A stretch of 64,000 nt of DNA from a virus. Taxonomy: Duplodnaviria; Caudoviricetes. Position 1 is the first letter of the stretch; every line of letters starts with the position of its first letter. Below are positions 1 through 7,852 of the stretch, one piece after another. Under the pieces are notes generated by a model. The model was not told where the DNA came from and did not search any database. It saw nothing but the letters and a program-made list of their open reading frames with translations. The stretch covers positions 21,941-85,940 of IMG/VR virus record IMGVR_UViG_3300032007_000058; one strand, 5' to 3'. The translations under genes and the position numbers were made by a program.

Positions 1-4
1 CTGG

Positions 5-451
5 GTGGAGCCGTCGGGGATCGCCTATACCGACAACCAGAGCGAGGAGTTTGCGGAGCTGTACCTTGCCCCCCTGTGCGATAAGATCGAGGCTAAGGCA
101 AAAGAGTGGGGCGAGGAGCTGGGCGAGAACTGGATGTTCGACGCCTGGCATGATACTGAGGATCCCGCCGAGGAGTGGAAGCCACAGGCGGAGGACTACG
201 GGGCCTTTTGCCAGGCCCTCGCCAACGCCAACGCTCCCAGCTTCTACGGGGGCGATGACAGGGAGAGTGCCGCCGGGGCGCTCTTTGAGGATCCCGGCGA
301 TAACGAGGACTTCCAGTGGTGGATCGAGACCGCCTGCTGCCCCGATGGGTGGGTAGGGAAGATCATCATTGAAGCCGCCCAGGATGCGGCTTATGACGAG
401 CTCCAGCGCCTCATGGAGGAGGCGGGCGAGGACGAGGAAGAGGAAGAGTAG
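5..451 (+). CDS. acidic hypothetical protein, probably 5'-truncated by the window edge
   Basis: Open frame from the window start to TAG 449-451; very Asp/Glu-rich; no recognisable motif. Confidence 0.6.
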   Translation: MEPSGIAYTDNQSEEFAELYLAPLCDKIEAKAKEWGEELGENWMFDAWHDTEDPAEEWKPQAEDYGAFCQALANANAPSFYGGDDRESAAGALFEDPGDNEDFQWWIETACCPDGWVGKIIIEAAQDAAYDELQRLMEEAGEDEEEEE

Positions 452-525
452 CGGGGGCTTGACGCCCCCCCTCTATACTCAAATATGGGGGGCGCAAGCC
501 CCGACAACCCAAGGAGGTAATAATC

Positions 526-939
526 ATGAAGTTTGTCCGTTACGGTGGCGCGAACAGTCAGGATAATGAGTTCTGTATCAAGAACTCTCAGGATTTTAAC
601 AAGCCCCCTGTCCGTCGTGGCATTTATGCTTTCCCCTTCGGGAAGACCGCCCGCCACCTCATCGAGTGGAAGTATGGGAATGATAATTCCACTCGTAACG
701 AGATCAGGGCCCTGCTGGCCCGCGATCGCCGTGATATCGAGTATCACGGCAACGTCTGGCACCATCTGGACCCCAGCGCTGAGAGCATGGGGACCGTTGG
801 CAGCTGGACGCTGGACCGCATCGACGTCTACGAGAAGAAGCTCCGCCGCCATATCGGACTCACGAAGTCTATCACGCTTCGTGATGGGACCCGTTTCAGC
901 AATTCCATCCTGGAGGTGTTCCTCCCCGGAAAGGTTTAA
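526..939 (+). CDS. hypothetical phage protein (137 aa)
   Basis: GGAGG RBS upstream of ATG; followed by a GC hairpin. Confidence 0.75.
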   Translation: MKFVRYGGANSQDNEFCIKNSQDFNKPPVRRGIYAFPFGKTARHLIEWKYGNDNSTRNEIRALLARDRRDIEYHGNVWHHLDPSAESMGTVGSWTLDRIDVYEKKLRRHIGLTKSITLRDGTRFSNSILEVFLPGKV

Positions 940-983
940 AAACTGGGGGCCTAGCGCCCCCTTATCCCCTAGGAGGTGAGACG

Positions 984-1115
984 ATGAGACCGCGCGTCAA
1001 AAACGATTCCTGGTGCTACACAGCATCACGTACGGCGGCGCGTCGCAAGGTGCGCCGCCTGTCGAACAAGCGCCATCGCCAGGGCGATAAGGCGCTGATC
1101 CGTAACGAAAGATAG
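984..1115 (+). CDS. small basic hypothetical protein (43 aa, MRPRVKNDSWCYTASRTAARRKVRRLSNKRHRQGDKALIRNER)
   Basis: AGGAGG RBS; fills the gap between neighbours; below the ORF-track cut-off, translated by hand. Confidence 0.5.
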   Translation: MRPRVKNDSWCYTASRTAARRKVRRLSNKRHRQGDKALIRNER

Positions 1116-1133
1116 ATAAAAGGAGGAGAAGCT

Positions 1134-1454
1134 ATGAAGATCGTGAATCGCACCCCGCACCCTGTCTCACTCTGTGACGCGGACGGGAATATCCTTCGCG
1201 TCATCGAGAGCGACGGCCAGCCCATCCGTCTGGCCGCGAAGACCGTCCCCGCCGGGGACTGGGGCGGCGTTCCCCTTTCCCGGACCAAGTTCGGGGAGCC
1301 CGTCGGGATGCCTGAGCCCGAGGAAGGGACGCTCTACATCGTGTCCCAGCTCGTAAAGAGCGCCTTCCCCGGGCGGAAGGACCTGGTGGTCCCCGCCGAG
1401 GTCGTGCGAGACGCCGAGGGGAAGATCCTCGGGTGCCGGTCCCTGGGGCTCTAG
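1134..1454 (+). CDS. conserved-looking phage hypothetical protein (N-x-T-P-H N-terminus, VRD..G...GC C-terminus)
   Basis: AAAGGAGG RBS; motif pattern resembles a widespread phage hypothetical family of unknown function. Confidence 0.75.
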   Translation: MKIVNRTPHPVSLCDADGNILRVIESDGQPIRLAAKTVPAGDWGGVPLSRTKFGEPVGMPEPEEGTLYIVSQLVKSAFPGRKDLVVPAEVVRDAEGKILGCRSLGL

Positions 1455-1603
1455 GAGCCCATGCGGTCATCCCCCATATCGTATCCTTGCCCCCGCATAT
1501 ACTGATAGACACACTGGGGGCAAGGCGTAACGCGCTTAGGGACTTGCATCCCATGCCGCATTTGATAAAATACAGGCAAGACCTATTTTTTGGGAGGGCA
1601 AGC

Positions 1604-1885
1604 ATGAACAAAGCGGAGTTGGTCACGGAGATCGCGGAGAAGTTGGACCTGAGCAAGAAGGATGTCGGGCGCGTGCTCGACGAGGCATTTGCCTCGATCG
1701 GGGACGTCCTGGCGAAGGGGGACAAGTGTACGTTCATCGGGTTCGGGACCTTCGAGGTCCGGGACAGGGCGGCACGCGAGGGGCGCAACCCCCAGGACCC
1801 CACGAAGACCATCCAGATCCCCGCGCGGAAGGTCCCGGCCTTCAAGCCCGGCAAGGAGCTCAAGGAGAAGGTCGGAGGGAAGTAG
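1604..1885 (+). CDS. hup: HU family DNA-binding protein (93 aa)
   Basis: MNKAELV..IAEK, GFGTFEVRDRAAREGRNPQ and IPARKVPAFKPGKELKEKV are HU/IHF signatures; true start is ATG 1604 after GGGAGG. Confidence 0.95.
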   Translation: MNKAELVTEIAEKLDLSKKDVGRVLDEAFASIGDVLAKGDKCTFIGFGTFEVRDRAAREGRNPQDPTKTIQIPARKVPAFKPGKELKEKVGGK

Positions 1886-1888
1886 GCG

Positions 1889-1913
1889 AAGGGCGGGCGA
1901 CCGCCCTTTTTTT
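1889..1913 (+). terminator. rho-independent terminator after HU
   Basis: AAGGGCGG-GCGA-CCGCCCTT followed by a T run. Confidence 0.85.
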
Positions 1914-1929
1914 GTTATAGGAGAAAGAC

Positions 1930-2256
1930 ATGGAGCCGAGGACGAACGGCTGGAAAGCTGCGCTGGACGCACTGGATGCTATCGCGAAGGGAGACAGGGC
2001 AGAGGATGTGCGCTTCGCCCTGGAACGCATCGCGCGGCTCATCGAAGCCTCCTCCCCCGAGGGGCTGAAGCTGACGGGCTGGCCCTGGGCGAAGTACGGG
2101 AAGGAACGTGTCTATATCCACGTCCTGGACGGGGACGGGCACTGCCTGGAAGATAGGATCTTCTGGGAGGCGGGGCGGCTGTACTGGCGATCCCAGCCGA
2201 GGGAAGCCCCGTGGTGGTGGCACCGCGTCTGGAGGGCATTAGCCTGCGTGAGTTGA
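1930..2256 (+). CDS. hypothetical protein; C-terminal domain similar to that of 4073..4921
   Basis: GGAG RBS; K.R.Y..V.D.DG...E.G..YW motif shared with the later ORF. Confidence 0.75.
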   Translation: MEPRTNGWKAALDALDAIAKGDRAEDVRFALERIARLIEASSPEGLKLTGWPWAKYGKERVYIHVLDGDGHCLEDRIFWEAGRLYWRSQPREAPWWWHRVWRALACVS

Positions 2257-2266
2257 GTTTCCCCTT

Positions 2267-2292
2267 GGGGTCCGAAAGGACCTTATTTTTTT
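2267..2292 (+). terminator. rho-independent terminator
   Basis: GGGGTCC-GAAA-GGACCTT followed by ATTTTTTT. Confidence 0.7.
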
Positions 2293-2315
2293 GACTTTTT
2301 CTTGATCTCCCCCCC

Positions 2316-2349
2316 TTGACATTATACTTGACAGCAAGTATAATGTAAA
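2316..2349 (+). promoter_or_regulatory. consensus sigma70 promoter inside a 12-bp inverted repeat (copy 1)
   Basis: TTGACA 2316-2321, 17-bp spacer, TATAAT 2339-2344; ACATTATACTTG-N4-CAAGTATAATGT palindrome; the minus strand reads TTTACA-17-TATAAT. Confidence 0.9.
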
Positions 2350-2400
2350 TATAAAGAAGGGGGCGGGGAACGAAGCCCCCGGAAAGAAGGAGGAGACGAA

Positions 2401-2553
2401 ATGACAAAGAAAGCCGAAGCGGCGGAGATGACGTGGATGGCATGGAGCTTGGCCTGGGACCTGAAGGCTTACGCCGGGACGGACGAGGAGAAGGCCCAGT
2501 ACGAAAGGGCCGCCTCCCTGATCCGGGAAGCCTACGAGACATTGAAAGCCTAG
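2401..2553 (+). CDS. small hypothetical protein (50 aa, MTKKAEAAEMTWMAWSLAWDLKAY...)
   Basis: AAGGAGGAG RBS directly downstream of the consensus promoter; translated by hand. Confidence 0.7.
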   Translation: MTKKAEAAEMTWMAWSLAWDLKAYAGTDEEKAQYERAASLIREAYETLKA

Positions 2554-2658
2554 CCCGCCGGCCAGGGCGAGCCAGGCAAAGGACAGCGGGGGGCCGGGCG
2601 GCCCCCCACCGAAATGATACCACAAGGCCCGCAGGAGCGGGCGGAAGGAGAGAGCAAA

Positions 2659-3063
2659 ATGAAGATGTCCAATATCGACGAGGGGAAAAAGATCTATGCG
2701 GGTATGGCCTGGTTGCACCAGAGCCCCCGTGAGGAGCGGAAGGAGCGCGAAAGCCTCCGGGGCGAGGAGTCGGAGCCCCTTCTGAAGGCGGCCTTCGGGG
2801 ACGCGGAGTATCGCCTGGACCACCTGGACGGCTACGTCCCTCCCCAGAACGGGATGGGCGTCGTCCTCGACAGCGGGGGGTACTACGAGCGGAAGTCGGT
2901 CATTCACAGCCGCTCGCTGGAGGGGCTGCGGGGCCTCCTGGAGATTTGGGGGGCGACGTTCGAGAAGGACGTCACCTCCGACGGGGAGATCCAGAAGTGG
3001 AGCTGCGGGATCCTCCGGACCTTCCCCGACTCCCGCGGGGAGTACGCGATGACCGTGAGGTAG
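2659..3063 (+). CDS. hypothetical protein
   Basis: GGAAGGAG RBS before ATG 2659, in frame with track ORF 2614..3063. Confidence 0.7.
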   Translation: MKMSNIDEGKKIYAGMAWLHQSPREERKERESLRGEESEPLLKAAFGDAEYRLDHLDGYVPPQNGMGVVLDSGGYYERKSVIHSRSLEGLRGLLEIWGATFEKDVTSDGEIQKWSCGILRTFPDSRGEYAMTVR

Positions 3064-3118
3064 AAGGACGGGGGGCCGAAAGGCCCCCTTGAAAAATAAT
3101 ACCAGAGGGGGGAAAACA

Positions 3119-3922
3119 ATGTATATATACGTTTGGCTCGACGGCGAGGCCGTCGGGTACAGTGATAGCTACATGGGAGCCACGGAGGAGATGAGTATCT
3201 TCAAGCCCTTTGGGTATCTCTACCTCTGCGAGAAGGACGCGGCCGGGGATGTGCAGTGGCTCCGCTGCAAGGCGTGGGACGAGTCCGGAGTCGATACCGC
3301 AGAGGAGGCGACGGCGCTCCTGAAGGAATATCTGGCCGCCGTGGCGGGCGTCTATGAGGCGATCCCTATCGTCTCCGAGGAGCGCCCCGAGCGCCCGGAG
3401 ACCACCGCGGGGGAGTGGACGCGGGAGAAGGTCATCGAGGTCATTCGGGACGAGATGCTCCGTCGCGGCGTCGTGGAGGAGGACCTGACAAAAGCCCTCC
3501 GGTTCGCCGTCATGTGGACGGAGAATATGGGGCTCAAAGTGGAGCTGGGGCGACAGTGGCTAGTCATCCTCCCCAGCACCACGGAGAAGGAGATACGGGG
3601 TATCGTCGGGCTCTACGCATGGGACGTCCGTCAGGGATGGAAGGCCGGGGATACCAAGACCTTACCTAAGACGCGCCAGCTTCAGGACGAGTTGAAGGAT
3701 TATGTCTCTACCGCCGAGGGCGCGGCGCTTCTTGGCTACGGGCAGGAGTACGTGAACCTCCTCTGCCGCCAGGGGAAGCTCCCGGGGGCAAAAAAAATCG
3801 GGACGAGCTGGATGATCCCGCGAAAAGCTATCGAGGGGTACGTCCCCGGCCCGCAGGGATTCGCGGCGCACCCGGAAAAAAATCCGAGGAAAAAGAAGGA
3901 GGATGGGGAGAAAATGCCGTAA
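3119..3922 (+). CDS. unknown N-terminal region fused to a C-terminal excisionase/MerR-like (HTH_17-type) DNA-binding domain
   Basis: C-terminal YVSTAEGAALLGYGQEYVNLLCRQGKLPGAKKIGTSWMIP matches the Xis-like HTH pattern. Confidence 0.75.
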   Translation: MYIYVWLDGEAVGYSDSYMGATEEMSIFKPFGYLYLCEKDAAGDVQWLRCKAWDESGVDTAEEATALLKEYLAAVAGVYEAIPIVSEERPERPETTAGEWTREKVIEVIRDEMLRRGVVEEDLTKALRFAVMWTENMGLKVELGRQWLVILPSTTEKEIRGIVGLYAWDVRQGWKAGDTKTLPKTRQLQDELKDYVSTAEGAALLGYGQEYVNLLCRQGKLPGAKKIGTSWMIPRKAIEGYVPGPQGFAAHPEKNPRKKKEDGEKMP

Positions 3923-3984
3923 AGTATTGCAAACAGGTATTTTATCGCCATTAAATTTTTTTCGATAGTTTTTGATCTCCCCCC

Positions 3985-4018
3985 TTGACATTATACTTGG
4001 CAGCAAGTATAATGTAAA
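3985..4018 (+). promoter_or_regulatory. consensus sigma70 promoter inside the same palindrome (copy 2)
   Basis: TTGACA 3985-3990, 17 bp, TATAAT 4008-4013; flanks (TTGATCTCCCCCC upstream, ATAAAGAAGGGGGC downstream) nearly identical to copy 1. Confidence 0.9.
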
Positions 4019-4072
4019 CATAAAGAAGGGGGCAGGAAACAAACAAGCCCCCGAGAAAGGGAGGAGAACAAA

Positions 4073-4921
4073 ATGATAATGAAGATGATCGACGCGAAGG
4101 CCCTGCTGGAGGAGAAGAAGATGGACGCCGCCACGATCCTCACCTCCCTCTCCATCGTGAGGATCCGGCGTCTCGCCTCCGAGATGGCCCTCCCCCTGGC
4201 CCGTGCCACCTGGCGGGGCCGCAAGGCCGAGATCATCGCCGCCTTCGTGGCGGGGATGGAGCAGGGGGAGGAGCATGGCACGTATATCCCGAGGGCGGTG
4301 CGTATCCTGGCCGCTCAGGGGGCTTACGAGAGCATCATCACCATCGGGGCACGGATGGTCGGGACCAATACCCGCCTCGGGGACGGCTTCTTCGACTTCG
4401 AGGATAGCCCCAAGGACGCCCAGGACGCCTTCTTCATGGAGGCTCTGGAGAAGAAGCTGGCCGACAGCGAGACGGATGTCCCCGCCGCCATCGCCCTGAT
4501 TGAGAAGGTGGCGAAGGAGCTCGTGACCTGCACCGAGGAGCGGAAGGCCCATGATTGGGTCGAGAAGTCTGCGACGGTGGACTACACCGCCGAGAACGCG
4601 GCCTGGCACGCGGCCCTGTCGGAGATGCGCCGCGTCATCGAGACCGTCCAGGAGGGCGGCGACTTCGTGAGGACCATCGCCCTGAAGCGGGCGGTGGGGA
4701 AGATCGATGCGGCCCCCATCGACGGCGGCTATATCGCTAGGGCGAAGCTCTGGCGCGGGAAGGGCAAGACCCGCATCTACGTGAACGTGTACGATGCGGA
4801 CGGGAAGCCCCAGCTTGCGACCCCCTACCTGGAGGATGGGGCTGTATACTGGCAGTATGGGGAGCCCCGTAAGCGCCCGGTCTGGGCGGAGTCGGTCATC
4901 GCCGCCATGATGGCGGTGTAG
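4073..4921 (+). CDS. hypothetical protein (282 aa)
   Basis: GGGAGGAG RBS after promoter copy 2; C-terminal domain similar to 1930..2256. Confidence 0.8.
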   Translation: MIMKMIDAKALLEEKKMDAATILTSLSIVRIRRLASEMALPLARATWRGRKAEIIAAFVAGMEQGEEHGTYIPRAVRILAAQGAYESIITIGARMVGTNTRLGDGFFDFEDSPKDAQDAFFMEALEKKLADSETDVPAAIALIEKVAKELVTCTEERKAHDWVEKSATVDYTAENAAWHAALSEMRRVIETVQEGGDFVRTIALKRAVGKIDAAPIDGGYIARAKLWRGKGKTRIYVNVYDADGKPQLATPYLEDGAVYWQYGEPRKRPVWAESVIAAMMAV

Positions 4922-5102
4922 GGAGAGGGATAGTTTATATCCGGATGGTCCGGGTATAATGAGGGATAAAGCGAGGGCCGGACGGCCATCCGGCCCCACG
5001 CCGAAAAGAGCCCCAACGTGGGTGAAGCACGGGGGCGGGGATATCTTACCGCCTCCAAGGAAAAAGCGCCAGAGCGGCGCGATACTTAAGGAGGAGAAGA
5101 AA

Positions 5103-5690
5103 ATGATCATCATCAAGAGGAACGACCACCAGCTGGATGGGAGGAACTGGGACTCGGACCCCCTGGCCCTGCTGTGCCTCCACGGGGAGAAATGGGCCGG
5201 GTGGGGAGAGGCCGAGAAGGCCCAGGCCCGGAAGGAGCTCTTCGACGGGATCCGGAACGGCGAGGAGACGTTCCTTGGATACTACGGGATGGGGCTCAGT
5301 GTGTACCCATCAGGTAGGGAAGGTGGGGAAATCCGCCTCGAAACACGCGAGGGGATCGGGGACGATATCGGCGTCCGGTACGACCAGAAGTACACCTACC
5401 GTGTCGTCGGCGACGGGGCGGATGTGGTCGAATACGACCGCGCCCTGGACGTCGAAGGGCGGAAGGCCCCCCACGATATCTGGCGCTACCTCGTGGAGGC
5501 TACGGGGCTCTACGTCGATGCCCCCTTGGTCGAGGGGGCGATAGACGACCTGTTGAATTGGTTCGACCTGGATGCGCTGGAACGGTGGCACGAGAGGGAG
5601 TCTCGTTCCACGAGCGGGATGCGCGGCCCCGGTATCCACTTCCTCCACGCCTTCGGGGAGCGGATGCGCAAAAGGCGCGAGGCGGCATAA
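5103..5690 (+). CDS. hypothetical protein
   Basis: AAGGAGGAG RBS before ATG 5103, in frame with track ORF 4959..5690. Confidence 0.75.
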   Translation: MIIIKRNDHQLDGRNWDSDPLALLCLHGEKWAGWGEAEKAQARKELFDGIRNGEETFLGYYGMGLSVYPSGREGGEIRLETREGIGDDIGVRYDQKYTYRVVGDGADVVEYDRALDVEGRKAPHDIWRYLVEATGLYVDAPLVEGAIDDLLNWFDLDALERWHERESRSTSGMRGPGIHFLHAFGERMRKRREAA

Positions 5691-5781
5691 CCGCCAGAGG
5701 AGAAAAGTATAAGGGGGGGGACGGGCGACCGTCCCCCACAGCAAAAGCGCCGGACCGGCGCACATCGAGGAGGAGAAAAAA

Positions 5782-6153
5782 ATGATAAAGTTTTCGAGCA
5801 TCGATAAAGCCTGTGGCGTCGCTGAGGAGCGGATCAGGGAGCGCCTGGGGGACCTCCCCACGACGAAGGGGTGCGAGGTGTTAGACGGCAGAAAGTATGG
5901 ATATACGAGCGCTCAGATCCTCTGGCACTTTATTGGCGGGGGTGCCGCATGGACGTGGGTAAATGTTACCCCTACGGGGGAGTGGGAATGGGACCATAGG
6001 GTGAACATCTGCTGCGCGGGCATGAGGGAGGGTATCCTTAACACGGCGACCGGGGAGTGGTGGTACATCCCTGAGCCCGATCCCGCTTCCGTGCACGCCG
6101 TAAACGCGGCGGGGCATAACTACTATAACCCCTTCGGGCTTATGGACCGCTAG
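5782..6153 (+). CDS. hypothetical protein (123 aa)
   Basis: GAGGAGGAG RBS; leader resembles that of 5103..5690. Confidence 0.75.
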   Translation: MIKFSSIDKACGVAEERIRERLGDLPTTKGCEVLDGRKYGYTSAQILWHFIGGGAAWTWVNVTPTGEWEWDHRVNICCAGMREGILNTATGEWWYIPEPDPASVHAVNAAGHNYYNPFGLMDR

Positions 6154-6217
6154 GGGGGGCAGGCTAGGGGGGGGACGGGCGACCGTCCCCTATAACTCTT
6201 TCTCGGGAGGTGTCTCT

Positions 6218-7849
6218 ATGCCGACGATATCGGAGAAGTACTTGGTCCAGCTCGCCGAGGCATTCCCTCGTGTGAAGAAGAGCACTAACACCAAGCGGAA
6301 CTGGATCTATGACGCCCACGTGGCATTGGCCGCCGCGATGCCGGACAGGATCCTTCCCCCGCACAAGTATAAGGAGGGCGTCCGTAAGGGCGTCTATATC
6401 GATACGCGCCGCAGGGGCGTTGTCGAATTTCTCCAGATGCCCTTCCTCTCGGATATCGCCTATATGTTGGCGAGCGACCTTCCTGATCGCGTCATAAGGG
6501 CGAAGAGCTGCGTCATCGACGCGCTCAAGGGCACGAACTTACATAAGCTCAACAGTCTCCTAGAGCAGGCCTTCTATTCCACTATGGCCCAGCTGACGAC
6601 CGTTATCCCCCCCGACGACTTGAAACATCCCTTCATGGCCTTAGCTGCGGCTTTCGCGGTGACATCCGTCTTCGCGAAGTTCTGCCTTGCCGCACAGACG
6701 GACCATATCTCCTTCACCTGGGGGACGGCCCACCTCTACGATCTTGTGCCTCGTCATGACGGGAACTATCCCCCCTCTCTAGAGACATTGAATGACATGT
6801 GCATCATCCAGACCTGTAATATCCTCTCATACATGGCAATGGTGGGAAGCGTCGAAGCTAGGCCGGAACTCTCGCCCCCCACCATCCTCGACGATGATGC
6901 GCTCCTGATCGATTCCTGGGGGGCGGGCTGGTTGATATGGCAGCTTCTTGAGATGCGGCGGAAATACCCGCCGTCCACCTGCAAGACACAGACGGAGGCG
7001 ATAGAACGGCTCTGCGTGCTGTTCACGACTTCGTTCACTTCTTGCGACCTGATCACTGGGACCTTCTTAGAGGGGATGCCCGCCGTGGACGGGCCTTCGG
7101 CGGATATCCGGGACGAAGTGATCACGGAGCGCCGATACTCCCTCTGGCCGGGGATAACGGATATCATCTGGAAGGAGGGGCGGCTCGAAAAGCTCACGCT
7201 CCTCGCTACGGAGCCGAAAGGGCATATCTTCTCCGTGCTACACGGGCGGATGGACCTATCCAGGGGCTACGGGGATTGGGCGGATGAGAAAGACGCCCCT
7301 GTCCGTCTTTTCGTAGAGGTCCCGTCTCTGGAGGATGAAGATGACTGGGCGCTCGCCAGGAAGAATGCGACGGACGGTCCCGATGAGCTCCTTATCCCCC
7401 TAGAGGTCATCCGGATGTGCTGCGTCCCCGCCGAGCAGAAGGCCCGGCGCGGGCGCGTCCCCTCGGGGTACGTCCAGACCCCGAAGAAGGCGAAGAAGGC
7501 GGATGCGGGACAGCCCCCCGCCGTCCGCGTAACCTACGTCCCCCGCGTGCAGTACCGACGGCCAGAGGGGGCGGCGGATAGCTCAGGCGGCGATGGAGAG
7601 GGCAGGACGGGGACGGGCCGGACACATGCCCTCCACCAGGTGGCGGGCTTCATCCGCCAGCTCCCGATCGACTGGAAGGCCTCGGAGACGGCCAGGCAGA
7701 ACGCGGAGGCCAGCGGGATCTCCCTGCCCGCGCACGGGGTCACCTTCGTCCGCCCCCATTCCAGAGGTGGCGGCGAAGATAAGGAGACGGCCCCGCGCCG
7801 CACGGTGAAGGTCCGACGGCCAAGTAGCTCGGACGAGGAAGGAGCTTGA
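6218..7849 (+). CDS. large hypothetical protein (543 aa) with a basic C-terminal H-x-V-x-G...VRPHxRG motif
   Basis: GGGAGG RBS; long ORF; C-terminal THALHQVAGFIRQL...TFVRPHSRGG. Confidence 0.8.
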   Translation: MPTISEKYLVQLAEAFPRVKKSTNTKRNWIYDAHVALAAAMPDRILPPHKYKEGVRKGVYIDTRRRGVVEFLQMPFLSDIAYMLASDLPDRVIRAKSCVIDALKGTNLHKLNSLLEQAFYSTMAQLTTVIPPDDLKHPFMALAAAFAVTSVFAKFCLAAQTDHISFTWGTAHLYDLVPRHDGNYPPSLETLNDMCIIQTCNILSYMAMVGSVEARPELSPPTILDDDALLIDSWGAGWLIWQLLEMRRKYPPSTCKTQTEAIERLCVLFTTSFTSCDLITGTFLEGMPAVDGPSADIRDEVITERRYSLWPGITDIIWKEGRLEKLTLLATEPKGHIFSVLHGRMDLSRGYGDWADEKDAPVRLFVEVPSLEDEDDWALARKNATDGPDELLIPLEVIRMCCVPAEQKARRGRVPSGYVQTPKKAKKADAGQPPAVRVTYVPRVQYRRPEGAADSSGGDGEGRTGTGRTHALHQVAGFIRQLPIDWKASETARQNAEASGISLPAHGVTFVRPHSRGGGEDKETAPRRTVKVRRPSSSDEEGA

Positions 7850-7852
7850 GAT

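Noticed and set aside
3662-5116. Long antisense ORFs (also 25089..26198, 26011..27096, 2239..2907, 30681..31586, 53849..54631, 55090..55890)
   Set aside because: Shadow frames of GC-rich sense genes: no RBS, no motifs, and fully overlapping better-supported CDSs
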